A program made the translations under genes and the position numbers. Below the pieces are notes generated by a model. That model saw nothing but the letters and a program-made list of their open reading frames with translations, searched no databases and was not told where the DNA came from. A DNA stretch of 64,000 nucleotides from Escherichia phage Ec_Makalu_003. The DNA lies in sequence record MN882349.1; one strand, 5' to 3'. The first letter of the stretch is position 1; each line of letters opens with the position of its first letter. This document shows positions 1 to 9,549 of the stretch, piece after piece.

Positions 1-60
1 TTAATCAAACAGTATTAATATTGTCCATATGTAAACTAAAATTATGTCAGTAATAGATAC

Positions 61-86
61 AAAAAAAGCCGCCCCGAAGGACGGCT
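61..86 (-). terminator. rho-independent terminator after ORF 95..532
   Basis: hairpin agccgccccgaaggacggct (67-86) followed on the minus strand by a U-run (plus A7 at 61-67). Confidence 0.6.
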
Positions 87-94
87 AATGTTAA

Positions 95-532
95 TTATTT
101 GTTGATAACGATCTGATTTCGGCGAATGGTGACATTGCTCTTAGAGATGACCAGATCATCCGGCACTACGTTAGTTTTGTATGGTTGGAAGCGAACAAGC
201 ATCTGATTGCGTTTAGACCCTTCCTTAATCTTGATTTCCATCTGGATATTGTTGCCTACGTGAGCAACCGCAATTTCACCTTTATTCTCATAGACCCACT
301 TGCTGGTAACGTCTCCCGCAAAAGCCTTAATAACTTGCAATGCTTCGTCGTATGCGGTAGAGCTGTGAACTTTCAGAAGGCCAGCCGTAGCAAGACGGGA
401 GCAGGTGATCGCCGGAGATTGCCAAACATCAACATTAATTTGCTCAATCAGAGTAACACCGCCCTGATCAACTGCTTTGAATGCTTCGAACATTGCCTTT
501 TTCATTGCTACGTGGTTTTTACGGAATTTCAT
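95..532 (-). CDS. hypothetical protein, 145 aa (occupies the T4 24.x/rnlB position but is not RnlB-like)
   Basis: long ORF with terminator downstream; no motif recognised. Confidence 0.5.
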   Translation of the reverse strand: MKFRKNHVAMKKAMFEAFKAVDQGGVTLIEQINVDVWQSPAITCSRLATAGLLKVHSSTAYDEALQVIKAFAGDVTSKWVYENKGEIAVAHVGNNIQMEIKIKEGSKRNQMLVRFQPYKTNVVPDDLVISKSNVTIRRNQIVINK

Positions 533-578
533 AATTAGTCACCTCTATTGATTAGTTATTCAGAATATTAATTACAAA

Positions 579-854
579 TCAGGACATTGCCCGTTTGAAT
601 GCGTCCATTATAACAGTGTTATTTGGCTTGTCAACACGTTTTTGAACTTTATTTTTAAATTTTTTGTTTATGTGGTGTTTACGATAAACAACCTTTTCAC
701 GGCTGGCGTAAGCCTCGCGTGCATCTTTTACCATCAACCATGCCTTAGCCGCATCTTGTCCGCTGATCCCGCCAATCTTCTTAGCAATATCAACAAAATT
801 AAGACCGTGATCTTCGCGTAGCATGTAAACCATTAACGCTGTTTTCTTGTCCAT
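579..854 (-). CDS. hypothetical protein, 91 aa, possible HTH
   Basis: ORF co-oriented with neighbours; basic C-terminus. Confidence 0.4.
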   Translation of the reverse strand: MDKKTALMVYMLREDHGLNFVDIAKKIGGISGQDAAKAWLMVKDAREAYASREKVVYRKHHINKKFKNKVQKRVDKPNNTVIMDAFKRAMS

Positions 855-1051
855 TACTTCGCCTCATTGACGATTAACAGGATAGTGATCAGTACCGGAA
901 ACTGGATCATGACAGTACCAATAAACCGGATAAACGCATTTTCTGACTTCCACACATGACATGCGACTAGCTGATAGACCATTGTTGCAACCAAAGCCAG
1001 AAAATACATCTCGATTGGCGTTTCTTTGATCAATCGTACAATCTCATTCAT
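854..1051 (-). CDS. small membrane protein, 65 aa
   Basis: two hydrophobic stretches; stop/start abuts ORF 579..854. Confidence 0.4.
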   Translation of the reverse strand: MNEIVRLIKETPIEMYFLALVATMVYQLVACHVWKSENAFIRFIGTVMIQFPVLITILLIVNEAK

Positions 1052-1210
1052 ACTTCACCTCATACATTCATAAACACAACAACGAATAGGACAGTAACAG
1101 TTATTAAAGCCATTTTCAACCCCATATTCATAATATTTTCTTCGCCTCACGATGACAGTAGCATGTCGATGCGTGCCATTATAGGCATCTAAATCGCTCT
1201 GTCAAGCACA

Positions 1211-1240
1211 AAAACAAAAAAGCCACCCCGAAGGATGGCT
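1211..1240 (-). terminator. rho-independent terminator after hoc
   Basis: hairpin agccaccccgaaggatggct (1221-1240) plus plus-strand A-run 1211-1220. Confidence 0.6.
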
Positions 1241-1251
1241 GATAGATTTCA

Positions 1252-2454
1252 TTAATCACGAATGCGTAGAACTCGCTCTAACGTCTCTCGGTCCAGTTTA
1301 TGTAACTCTTTGGAATGATACATGAAACCATTGCGAGATTCCATGCAAGTGCAATCACTATATTTTTCTTCCGCTGCCGCGATTGTCTCCAGATCTTTGG
1401 CGTACTTGCTGGTTGAATAAACTTCTCGGTTACGCCACTCTAAACCAGCCTCATTGAATTTAACAATCTCGTCAAATACCCACCATCCAATGTAGATAAA
1501 TGAAGTTTTGCGCCACGGGATCGGGTGTACGTAACGAAACATTTTAACAACTTCCATTGAACATTTTCTACTTGTACTTGTTGCAACTTCTACTGTTTCA
1601 TCTTCGATCTGTTGATATAGTTTAGCAACACACCAGAATTTGGCTGTGTCATCGTAAGTAGCACTCTCTTTGAACAGATGACCGTCTGGCATGATAGAAA
1701 ATCCTTCCAGTGCTTCGCCGACCTCACTACCGATTAGAGTCGGTGACATTTGCCCTTCGCGCTGCAAATACCAGTTATATTTGATCGTCAAATTAGGCAT
1801 ACCGCTAGAATCGCCTACAATGTTCTCTGACACAACATAATTAAGTAAGATCTCATTACCTAGTGCCACGGTCTTTGATTCCACCACATCCTGATCTACG
1901 TTCATTGTTGCCAGCATGATTTTAGTCGATGCGCTATCGGCTGAATCTTCCGACTCACCCCACACTTTTACAGTATACACGCCGTTTTTATCTGCTGTAA
2001 ATTTTTGGATCGTAATATCCTGTGTTGTGTCTATAACTTCTTCGCCCTTACTCCAACTATAATGTAGTTCATAGTTGTCTGCTGGAGTCTTCCCACCCGA
2101 AAATTTTACTGTTGCATGTAATTCTACGTTTGTTTGTGATGATACGTAGAATTGCTGCGGTTCGGTGATATTTACGATTAATTCAGCTTCTTCCATGAGG
2201 AAAACTTCAGATTCTACTGATTCCATCGTATCGGTATCTTGTACCGTTACTTTATAGCTACCCGCATTTTCACTTGTTGCGTCTGCTACAGTTAGCGTAG
2301 CTGTGCTATTTTCATGCGGTTGGTCGTCTTTTGTCCATGTATATGTCAAATTGCTGGGTAATGGTTCGTCACCCGCTACAGTCGCCGTTAAGGTGAAACC
2401 ATCTCCAGCAAGAAAACATCTTTTGTTAGATTGTATTGATACTGTGAAAGCCAT
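1252..2454 (-). CDS. hoc: Hoc, highly immunogenic outer capsid protein
   Basis: 400 aa; C-terminal HPIPWRKTSFIYIGWWVFDEI and ESRNGF match the T4 Hoc capsid-binding region as recalled; Ig-like repeats upstream. Confidence 0.85.
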   Translation of the reverse strand: MAFTVSIQSNKRCFLAGDGFTLTATVAGDEPLPSNLTYTWTKDDQPHENSTATLTVADATSENAGSYKVTVQDTDTMESVESEVFLMEEAELIVNITEPQQFYVSSQTNVELHATVKFSGGKTPADNYELHYSWSKGEEVIDTTQDITIQKFTADKNGVYTVKVWGESEDSADSASTKIMLATMNVDQDVVESKTVALGNEILLNYVVSENIVGDSSGMPNLTIKYNWYLQREGQMSPTLIGSEVGEALEGFSIMPDGHLFKESATYDDTAKFWCVAKLYQQIEDETVEVATSTSRKCSMEVVKMFRYVHPIPWRKTSFIYIGWWVFDEIVKFNEAGLEWRNREVYSTSKYAKDLETIAAAEEKYSDCTCMESRNGFMYHSKELHKLDRETLERVLRIRD

Positions 2455-2538
2455 ATAAAGCCACTCCCATAGAAAATCCGAATTTAATTAATTGAAATAG
2501 TTGATTGCTATCAACCAGATAACCATTGCGAGATTCCA
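1326..2538. repeat. 18-bp exact direct repeat aaccattgcgagattcca (1326-1343 and 2521-2538) flanking hoc
   Basis: identical 18-mer inside the hoc 3' coding end and in the hoc upstream region. Confidence 0.7.
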
Positions 2539-2549
2539 ATACATGAGTA

Positions 2550-2714
2550 TTAGAATAGTGATGTAACGAGGCCGAAATAGTATCGATCTCGTCTTGGTAT
2601 TTGTTCTGTTATAAAGTCTGCTGTACTAACAACAATCTTTAACAGAAGTGGATGACCAACGGAGCCATAAACCGGACCTTCTGTTTGATGTAATACATTG
2701 ATTTTGTTAGACAT
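2550..2714 (-). CDS. small hypothetical protein, 54 aa
   Basis: ATG at 2714 preceded by AGAGGA; lies between inh and hoc. Confidence 0.35.
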   Translation of the reverse strand: MSNKINVLHQTEGPVYGSVGHPLLLKIVVSTADFITEQIPRRDRYYFGLVTSLF

Positions 2715-2792
2715 GTAGTATCCTCTTTTAATTGCATAACGGAACTACAATTAAAATTATAACAAATATTTCACAACTTTTATCACCCAAAA

Positions 2793-3509
2793 TTACTTGA
2801 GTGTGTGGAATTGGCTATGTTTAGTCTCTCTCACCTTGACAGACCCATCGCGTTTGATATAATAGATCAGTGACTTGAGGGTGTCGTGTACATACGCGTG
2901 CGGGAAACGCTCTGGATACTTCTTCCAATCTGGAGTATTAACGATCCAGTCGAAAATCCACCACGGGCAGGAGTAGTAACCACGACCGCCACCGATCAAG
3001 CAAATGGTCGGACGGAAACCAGTAAGATCACAAAATGAATCAGTGTCATGTGCAGGAGAACGATGCTCTGCTTCGTCAGAGAAAATGTTTGCTACCGGAG
3101 ATTCCACTTTAACTTCCGGTACAACCACAATTTCAACTGGTACTGTGTGTGGTTTGGCTTCTTCTACAACTGTAACTGGTTCTTCTTTTTGTTCTGGTTC
3201 TTTCATTGCTTCAACCAGAGACGGATCAACTTCGTCGAATACCACTTTATCATCTGCGGTGTCTGCTGCCAGAATAAGATCGTTAATACTGGTTCCTTCT
3301 GCCGGAGTTTCTTCTTCCATTTCGGAAGCCAGTTTAGTTAATTCGGTTTCTACGAACTCGATCATGTTCTCTAGTGATAAAGTCTTTTTGACCTTAATAT
3401 CAAATTGTTTTGCGTAGTCAGCTAATTCTGTTTTAGCTGTTTTCTGTGCTTCTTTGTCGTCGGACGCCGCAATAGCGCGGAGTTCTTCGAAATATTCTTT
3501 ATCAAACAT
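2793..3509 (-). CDS. inh: Inh-like prohead core protein (assigned by position)
   Basis: 238 aa acidic protein in the T4 inh slot between hoc and uvsW; sequence-level identity not verified. Confidence 0.5.
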   Translation of the reverse strand: MFDKEYFEELRAIAASDDKEAQKTAKTELADYAKQFDIKVKKTLSLENMIEFVETELTKLASEMEEETPAEGTSINDLILAADTADDKVVFDEVDPSLVEAMKEPEQKEEPVTVVEEAKPHTVPVEIVVVPEVKVESPVANIFSDEAEHRSPAHDTDSFCDLTGFRPTICLIGGGRGYYSCPWWIFDWIVNTPDWKKYPERFPHAYVHDTLKSLIYYIKRDGSVKVRETKHSQFHTLK

Positions 3510-3535
3510 GCTATTCTCCTGATTGGGGGTGTTTG

Positions 3536-3543
3536 TATAAATA
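3536..3543 (+). promoter_or_regulatory. T4-type late promoter TATAAATA upstream of uvsW
   Basis: exact TATAAATA about 40 nt before the uvsW ATG. Confidence 0.5.
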
Positions 3544-3579
3544 TTTGTATACTGTATTTATTGAGTGAGGCTATTCGCT

Positions 3580-5082
3580 ATGCAAGATATTAAAATTCAC
3601 TTTCTGAACTACTCCCATGTTCAAATTGAATGTAGCGATTCAATTTTATTAGAAATGCGAGATTATTTTAGTTTTGAAGTCGAGGGAGCGCGGTTTCAAA
3701 AAAGATTTAAGTATGGCGGATGGGATGGGCGTATTCGTCTATTAGATTACAATGGAAAGTTGCCAATCGGCCTAACTAAAACCGTTGGCATCTTCGCTAA
3801 AAATATGGGTTATTCTGTTTGGGTAGACCCTCGCTTATTCGAGAAAGAACAGGTTACAGAAGAAGAGATCACAAAATGGTGTAACGACTTAGAATTATAT
3901 TCCGGTGCTAACAGGATCACCCCGCATTGGTATCAATCAAAGGCTGTCTTTGAAGGTATTCATCATAAACGCCGTATGTTAGTTTTGCCTACGTCCGCTG
4001 GTAAATCTGCGATTGCTTGTATGTTGTCTCGCTGGTACTTAGAGAACTACGAAGGGAAAGTGCTGATCATCGTTCCTACCACGTCGCTAGTGCTGCAAAT
4101 GCGTGATGATTTTGTTGATTATCGCCAGTTTCCATATGAAGCAATTCATACTATCATGAGCGGTACTAGTAAACACGTAGGTGATCGCCTGATCGTTGTT
4201 AGTACGTGGCAATCAGCATGTAAACAGCCTCGTGAGTGGTTCCAACAATTCGGGATGGTTATTGTTGACGAATGTCACAAGGCCACGGCTAAAAACCTGC
4301 TAAACATCGTTACTGATATGGATCATTGCCAATTTAAGATCGGTATGACTGGTTCCCCTCGTGACGGGAAAGCTAACATGATGCAGTATGTCGGGCTTTT
4401 CGGTGATATTTCTAAGATCGTGAGTATTGACCGCCTGATGGAAGAAGGGCAGGTGACAAAACTGAAAATTAACTGTCTTTTTCTTCGTTATACCGATGAG
4501 GAATGTAGCGCGGTTAAGGGGAGAGAATATGCGGAAGAGATCAAGTATATTACATCTAACCCACGACGTAATAAGTTTGCTTGCAATTTGGCGCTAAAAC
4601 TCGCTAAGAAGGGCGAAAACGTATTCCTGATGTTCCGCAACACTAAGCACGGAAAACTTATGTATGATGCGTTACAGAAGGTACACGACAAGGTTTATTA
4701 TATTGACGGTGGAGTTAAGACAGAAGAACGTGATGAATTTAAGAAAATGGCGGAAGGTGACACTGGCTTAATCTGTGTTGCGTCTTATGGTGTGTTCTCT
4801 ACTGGTGTTTCCATCAAGAACTTGCATCATGTTATTTTCGGTCATCCAGTGAAGGAATCAACTATCGTTCGTCAGAGTATCGGTCGTGCATTGCGTAAAC
4901 ATGGTTCTAAGGATATTGCTACCGTTTGGGATCTTATCGATCATTTGGCGGTGAAGACAAAGAGCAAGAATGCTAAGAAACAGTTTAGCCACCTTAATTA
5001 TGCTCTTAAACATGCCCTTGAAAGAATAAAAATTTACAACACCGATCGATTCGAATATGTCACGAAAACAATCGAGATTTAA
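3580..5082 (+). CDS. uvsW: UvsW DNA helicase (SF2)
   Basis: near-collinear match to recalled T4 UvsW (FSFEV..YGGWDGRIRLLDYN, LPTSAGKS, VDECH, KLKINCLFLRY); ATG 3580 with SD GAGTGAGG; the track start 3565 is a GTG. Confidence 0.9.
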   Translation: MQDIKIHFLNYSHVQIECSDSILLEMRDYFSFEVEGARFQKRFKYGGWDGRIRLLDYNGKLPIGLTKTVGIFAKNMGYSVWVDPRLFEKEQVTEEEITKWCNDLELYSGANRITPHWYQSKAVFEGIHHKRRMLVLPTSAGKSAIACMLSRWYLENYEGKVLIIVPTTSLVLQMRDDFVDYRQFPYEAIHTIMSGTSKHVGDRLIVVSTWQSACKQPREWFQQFGMVIVDECHKATAKNLLNIVTDMDHCQFKIGMTGSPRDGKANMMQYVGLFGDISKIVSIDRLMEEGQVTKLKINCLFLRYTDEECSAVKGREYAEEIKYITSNPRRNKFACNLALKLAKKGENVFLMFRNTKHGKLMYDALQKVHDKVYYIDGGVKTEERDEFKKMAEGDTGLICVASYGVFSTGVSIKNLHHVIFGHPVKESTIVRQSIGRALRKHGSKDIATVWDLIDHLAVKTKSKNAKKQFSHLNYALKHALERIKIYNTDRFEYVTKTIEI

Positions 5083-5087
5083 TAAAT

Positions 5088-5112
5088 AGGGGCTTTAATG
5101 CCCCTTTATTCT
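5088..5112 (+). terminator. rho-independent terminator after uvsW
   Basis: aggggctttaatgcccct hairpin followed by ttattct. Confidence 0.55.
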
Positions 5113-5125
5113 ACGGAGATTAAAA

Positions 5126-5362
5126 ATGATTAGCTTTAAACGTTTTTTGGTTGAGGCCGCTATTGACGGTTTTATGAGTAAGATTTATTCTTGTAATACT
5201 ATCGAGGGATTGAATGAACTTGAGGCATATTATGAGAAGCGCAAGAAAGAAACAGAATTGAAACCTGCTGATGATATTTCGATTCGTGATGCCATCGCTG
5301 GACGCCGTAAGCAATTGGAGGCCGACAACGAGCCAGAAGAGGAGCCGGAAGAGGATTTTTAA
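5126..5362 (+). CDS. uvsW.1: UvsW.1-like small protein
   Basis: 78 aa acidic protein immediately after uvsW, as in T4. Confidence 0.65.
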   Translation: MISFKRFLVEAAIDGFMSKIYSCNTIEGLNELEAYYEKRKKETELKPADDISIRDAIAGRRKQLEADNEPEEEPEEDF

Positions 5363-5363
5363 G

Positions 5364-5392
5364 ATATAAAAAAGCCCCATCATTGATGGGGC
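5364..5392 (-). terminator. terminator-like hairpin downstream of the uvsY operon
   Basis: gccccatc/gatggggc stem followed on the minus strand by a U-run. Confidence 0.45.
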
Positions 5393-5425
5393 AAAATAAA
5401 CCAATTAAAATCGGTTATCAACAAA

Positions 5426-5602
5426 TTACATTAACAGCATTGTTTGCTCTACGAGTTGTTCTTGTTCTTCGCCGTTCGCATCTTCACTGATCGAACGTTC
5501 TGTTACTAGCTGTAAGCAGTAGCCAGTGTGAACAACGCCGTTTTCTGTCTGGACGGCTAACGCATCCTCGACAGGTTGTTTACAACAAATACAGATTTTC
5601 AT
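5426..5602 (-). CDS. small Cys-rich protein, 58 aa (uvsY.-2 position)
   Basis: ATG at 5602; MKICICCKQP start; not in the ORF track because under 60 aa. Confidence 0.45.
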   Translation of the reverse strand: MKICICCKQPVEDALAVQTENGVVHTGYCLQLVTERSISEDANGEEQEQLVEQTMLLM

Positions 5603-5623
5603 AAAAATTCCTCCTGCATGTAT

Positions 5624-6031
5624 TTAGCGACCAGATTCCAGCATACGCAATTCTATTGCATTCTTGATCGCAAAGCCACGAGATTTAACGATATCAAGTG
5701 CGCGACCAGCGAAATCCATTACCATCTGGTAATATGCAATTTTCGTATCAAGTGGTAAGATCTCGTCGTCTGCTGCCATGACAACTTTCAATTCTGATTT
5801 CTCATACTCAGCGCGACACCAGTCATCACTACGGTTAGTGTAAAAGTCAAGACGATTTTTCATAGCCTTTTTCTTTTTAGCCTCAAGTGCAATCGTCTCT
5901 CGCTTCGCCTCGCTGTAAATCCTTAACCACTTTGAGTATACTACCGGATTATTCAGCGCCTCCCATTGCAACTTAGTCGCATCGATCTTCATGTCAGCTT
6001 CTAATTGTTCTTTCAAATCGTTTAGGTCCAT
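5624..6031 (-). CDS. uvsY: UvsY recombination mediator
   Basis: 135 aa; KSRGFAIK and TKLQWEALNN align to recalled T4 UvsY. Confidence 0.9.
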   Translation of the reverse strand: MDLNDLKEQLEADMKIDATKLQWEALNNPVVYSKWLRIYSEAKRETIALEAKKKKAMKNRLDFYTNRSDDWCRAEYEKSELKVVMAADDEILPLDTKIAYYQMVMDFAGRALDIVKSRGFAIKNAIELRMLESGR

Positions 6032-6078
6032 AATATCCCCTTATTCACACTAAGACCTATATCATATCACCCACAAAA

Positions 6079-6465
6079 TCACTTTGCAAGTCTTATGCGT
6101 AGTTGTTCAAGATCATCTGGGTTATCTATTACTGAAAAGTAGATTGATACTATGATTGAGTTATCGTCGTACTGCGGAGTTACTTCTACTGTCAGGTTTC
6201 GGACCCGTGGTTCATAGTTTCGGATCGCCTCATTAATGTTTTTTGATAAGGTATCCACTGTCAGTGGGTTCATGTTCTCAAACAGTGATTTATTGAGATC
6301 ACATCCAAACAGTGGATCAAATGGACGAGATCCCTTGCGAGTAGTCACGATCAGTAGAATCGAATCCTTAACCGCTTTAATTCCTATGTTCTTTTTAACG
6401 TCGTTATTCCATGACCTGGATATATTGAGATCCAAATCAGTATACATCTGATTAATAGTTGCCAT
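6079..6465 (-). CDS. 25: baseplate wedge protein gp25
   Basis: TTRKGSRPFDP.FGCDL and FSVIDNPDD match T4 gp25; ATG at 6465 (track start 6477 is a TTG). Confidence 0.9.
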   Translation of the reverse strand: MATINQMYTDLDLNISRSWNNDVKKNIGIKAVKDSILLIVTTRKGSRPFDPLFGCDLNKSLFENMNPLTVDTLSKNINEAIRNYEPRVRNLTVEVTPQYDDNSIIVSIYFSVIDNPDDLEQLRIRLAK

Positions 6466-6473
6466 GTTATACC

Positions 6474-7103
6474 TCAAAGAATTTTAAGGAAACTGGATAG
6501 ACCTGATAATGAATATACACCAGATTCCCCGCATTCGCATTTGATCGGTACTGCCAGCGTGATTTGATTTCTTGTTAGCTCGTCGATCACTTCTTCCACT
6601 TTATCCGTGGTAAGCATATCCAGCACGCGGTCAAAGTCCTGTGCGTTCAGGTCGTCTATATTGAATTGCTGATCGCCGATCACGATATATTCGATACATG
6701 CAATTACCATCTGCATAATATCAACATCTTCTGTAAACTTAGGTTGACGAAACTTGATTTTTACTTGTCCTAAGTCCAGAATATACGGTTCAACTTCTGG
6801 TATCTGTGTGCGTGAAACATCAAGAGAATATACTTTCTCTTTATTACATACACCACACACCCAAGTAGCATCAATTTTCATCTTATTGAGGCTGTGACAC
6901 CATAAGAGAAGAAAAATATATTCTGCTTCGCATTTCTCTAGCTCTAATGCATTGATTCCCGTACATTCGTATATAATCTCTATAACAACATCTGACAGCT
7001 TGCCAGTCTCTTTTGCTGCTACCAGTTTTTGAAATTCGCCGAAGGTGAAAGCACGGGCGTGTATCAACTTTTCGCCTATTTGGATCTTGAAAAAGTATTG
7101 CAT
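6474..7103 (-). CDS. 26: baseplate hub protein gp26 (by position and size)
   Basis: 209 aa, divergent from gp51 as in T4. Confidence 0.7.
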   Translation of the reverse strand: MQYFFKIQIGEKLIHARAFTFGEFQKLVAAKETGKLSDVVIEIIYECTGINALELEKCEAEYIFLLLWCHSLNKMKIDATWVCGVCNKEKVYSLDVSRTQIPEVEPYILDLGQVKIKFRQPKFTEDVDIMQMVIACIEYIVIGDQQFNIDDLNAQDFDRVLDMLTTDKVEEVIDELTRNQITLAVPIKCECGESGVYSLSGLSSFLKIL

Positions 7104-7145
7104 AATAAAACACCCTTTATAAACACATAGAATTATTTAGTATTT

Positions 7146-7153
7146 TATAAATA
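7146..7153 (+). promoter_or_regulatory. T4-type late promoter TATAAATA upstream of gene 51
   Basis: exact TATAAATA 20 nt before the gp51 ATG, in the divergent 26/51 intergenic region. Confidence 0.5.
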
Positions 7154-7173
7154 CCCGAAAGGGGGATTATACC

Positions 7174-7944
7174 ATGAATATTATCCGAATAAAACTACCG
7201 GAAGGTGTACAGCGATTTAAACCTTTCACGGTTAAAGATTACAGAGATTTCCTTCTGGTGTCAACTGAAATTAAGATGAATCCAGAAGAAGAACAAACTA
7301 TCCTGGATGAGCTACTAGAAGAAATATACCCAGACGTAGACCCTGCATTTCGTGAATATATTTTCCTGAACGTTTTTACTAGCTCAATAGGTAAAACAAA
7401 GATACCGCTTTGCTTTACTTGCCCGACTTGCAACAAAGAAAGAAAAATGTTGCTCAACTTACAGGTCGAAGCACTAAAACCAATCGTTCTGGAGGCCGCA
7501 GGGCTTAAAATAACTTTCCGGTATGTGAAACCATCAACCGACTATGCAAAAACGTTTCTAGATGCGATAGAGCGTGTATCTGATGGTGTTAATGATTATC
7601 TGTGGACTGAATTGCCGGAAGACGTTCGAGATCAGGTTATTGATTCAATCTCATTTGCTGAATTTGAAGAAGTTGTTAAGCAGATGCACACGATCAAGAT
7701 CGAACAAAAGATATCTTGTTGTGAAAGTCATGACCTAAAATACATAGGTCTTCTTCCATTATTCAAATTGTTGTTGAATCCAGATGAGTTATTCATCTTT
7801 TATCGAATAAACCATCTATTGGCAAAATCAAATTATTCTATCAGTGATCTTATGGACATGTTACCCGTCGAGAGAAACATTGCACTGACACTGGTCGAGA
7901 AAGACGTAAAAGAGGCAAACAATGCAAAGAACGGGGTTTCCTAA
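7174..7944 (+). CDS. 51: baseplate hub assembly protein gp51 (by position and size)
   Basis: 256 aa; Cys pairs CFTCPTC; first gene of the 51-27-28-29 block. Confidence 0.7.
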   Translation: MNIIRIKLPEGVQRFKPFTVKDYRDFLLVSTEIKMNPEEEQTILDELLEEIYPDVDPAFREYIFLNVFTSSIGKTKIPLCFTCPTCNKERKMLLNLQVEALKPIVLEAAGLKITFRYVKPSTDYAKTFLDAIERVSDGVNDYLWTELPEDVRDQVIDSISFAEFEEVVKQMHTIKIEQKISCCESHDLKYIGLLPLFKLLLNPDELFIFYRINHLLAKSNYSISDLMDMLPVERNIALTLVEKDVKEANNAKNGVS

Positions 7945-9031
7945 TGTCTCAATAAAACTTTATCAGGATTATGAGGCGTTTCTAAATCATCGCTTTATAG
8001 AATTGGGTGCTACCTTTGTTACAATGACTCTGCGTGATTCGATTCGTGGGGTGAACGAAGGATTGTTGCAATTCTATGATAATAAAGCGATGCATACAAA
8101 ATTAAACGGGCGGGAGATCATTCAGATTTCGTTATCTACTGCCAACACAGATGAAGTGTTCAACCGAATCTATGGGATCTCTCATAGTAATGTAACGCTT
8201 GACCAAAAATCTGACAACATTTTAACATTCCAGTTAAAGAGCTATCACGAAACACTAAACCTTAAATTTTCTCGCGCATTGACAAATAACGCTGTTAATA
8301 ACGTAACCAGCATGATTGACGCTATCTATAAAGAAGTTCCTTTATGGAAACCAACCATAAAAGGTGATAACGTGGTTATTCCTCGTTGTCCGTGGGTTAG
8401 TACCATAAATGACTATATGGATTTTGTGAGGGCATACGGGCAAAGCGTAGAAACCGAGTCTTTCGTGTATTGCTGGGAAGATTTTGATGGTATAACGATC
8501 GCTGGACATGATACAATATTAAAAAATGAGCCAATACCAGCTATAATCTGTGAGCCTAGACTCATTGGGCAATTTATTGATATGTCGCCTAATCTGATGG
8601 TTTTTAATTTCGAGTGGAAGACTAAGAGCAATGCTAAAGTTAAAAATTCATTTAGCAATGTGACATACACAACTATTGATTTTGTTACTAAGCAGTATAA
8701 TAAAATTATTGTTGGTAATGGGGATAATATTGCACACTTTGCTCATGGTGGCGCTTATGGCGATTTAACTTATAAGAATGCGTTTTTGGAAGGTTCTAAA
8801 CTTGCCACAATAGAACAATATGATTCATATGCTACCGCCGTGTGTCACGGTAATTTTTCGTTGCGCCCCGGTATGGTTATTCGATTCTTTGATGAGAAGC
8901 AACAAGCACGCAATGATTTTATTGTTGACGAAGTGGTGCATGAAATTAGCCGAGAGCAATCATTAACTCACCTGTATATGATCGGTAACAGCGAAGAATT
9001 GCAGGAAGTCAAATTTGAAGGTAAGATATAA
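7922..9031 (+). CDS. 27: baseplate hub subunit gp27
   Basis: 369 aa in T4 order; overlaps the gp51 end. Confidence 0.75.
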   Translation: MQRTGFPNVSIKLYQDYEAFLNHRFIELGATFVTMTLRDSIRGVNEGLLQFYDNKAMHTKLNGREIIQISLSTANTDEVFNRIYGISHSNVTLDQKSDNILTFQLKSYHETLNLKFSRALTNNAVNNVTSMIDAIYKEVPLWKPTIKGDNVVIPRCPWVSTINDYMDFVRAYGQSVETESFVYCWEDFDGITIAGHDTILKNEPIPAIICEPRLIGQFIDMSPNLMVFNFEWKTKSNAKVKNSFSNVTYTTIDFVTKQYNKIIVGNGDNIAHFAHGGAYGDLTYKNAFLEGSKLATIEQYDSYATAVCHGNFSLRPGMVIRFFDEKQQARNDFIVDEVVHEISREQSLTHLYMIGNSEELQEVKFEGKI

Positions 9032-9549
9032 TGACAGAAACTAAACCTATGTTAAAATTTGTTGTTCCTGTAAAAAAATTAGAGATAAACGGGAAACATA
9101 TCAAGATCCCAAAAATGGGGATTAAGCAACATCGATTATTAAAAGATGTTCGTAGCTGTGATGAAACATTAAAGATTCTTCTTGATTCAATCTGTCCTGG
9201 GTTAAACGCTGCCGAGTCTGAATTGGTTATGCTTAACCTTTGTGCGTTTAACGGTAAGTGTCTGGAAGAAAAAGATGGTCTTAAGCTGTCTGATGTGTAT
9301 ATTTGTACAGAGACTGAATTTACTTTAAATGGTAAAGTCTTTAAATTTAAAAATCCAATGTATACTTCTGACCCCATTATCGATGACGCTGATTTCTTGA
9401 GTCATCATTATCACGATCCTAGTGTAGACTTCCATGATTTCCCAGCTTTTATTATGGATTGGGCTACAGGATTAAGAAAAACTATTGCGCTGGATACACC
9501 GGAAGGTACTATCTATGGTGGAATTAACATATTGGATCGCCTATCATGA
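9031..9549 (+). CDS. 28: baseplate hub distal subunit gp28
   Basis: 172 aa; ATGA-type coupling with gp27 and gp29. Confidence 0.7.
   Translation: MTETKPMLKFVVPVKKLEINGKHIKIPKMGIKQHRLLKDVRSCDETLKILLDSICPGLNAAESELVMLNLCAFNGKCLEEKDGLKLSDVYICTETEFTLNGKVFKFKNPMYTSDPIIDDADFLSHHYHDPSVDFHDFPAFIMDWATGLRKTIALDTPEGTIYGGINILDRLS

Noticed and set aside
95-532. ORF 95..532 as RNA ligase 2 (rnlB), which occupies this position in T4
   Set aside because: At 145 aa it is far shorter than RnlB (about 334 aa) and lacks the ligase KxDG adenylation motif.
185-538. Plus-strand ORFs lying inside minus-strand genes (for example 185..538, 3004..3417, 3048..3341, 15346..15579, 16165..16767, 41026..41628, 58278..58868)
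   Set aside because: They sit antisense within well-supported genes, have no ribosome-binding site or promoter context and have low-complexity translations; treated as shadow ORFs.
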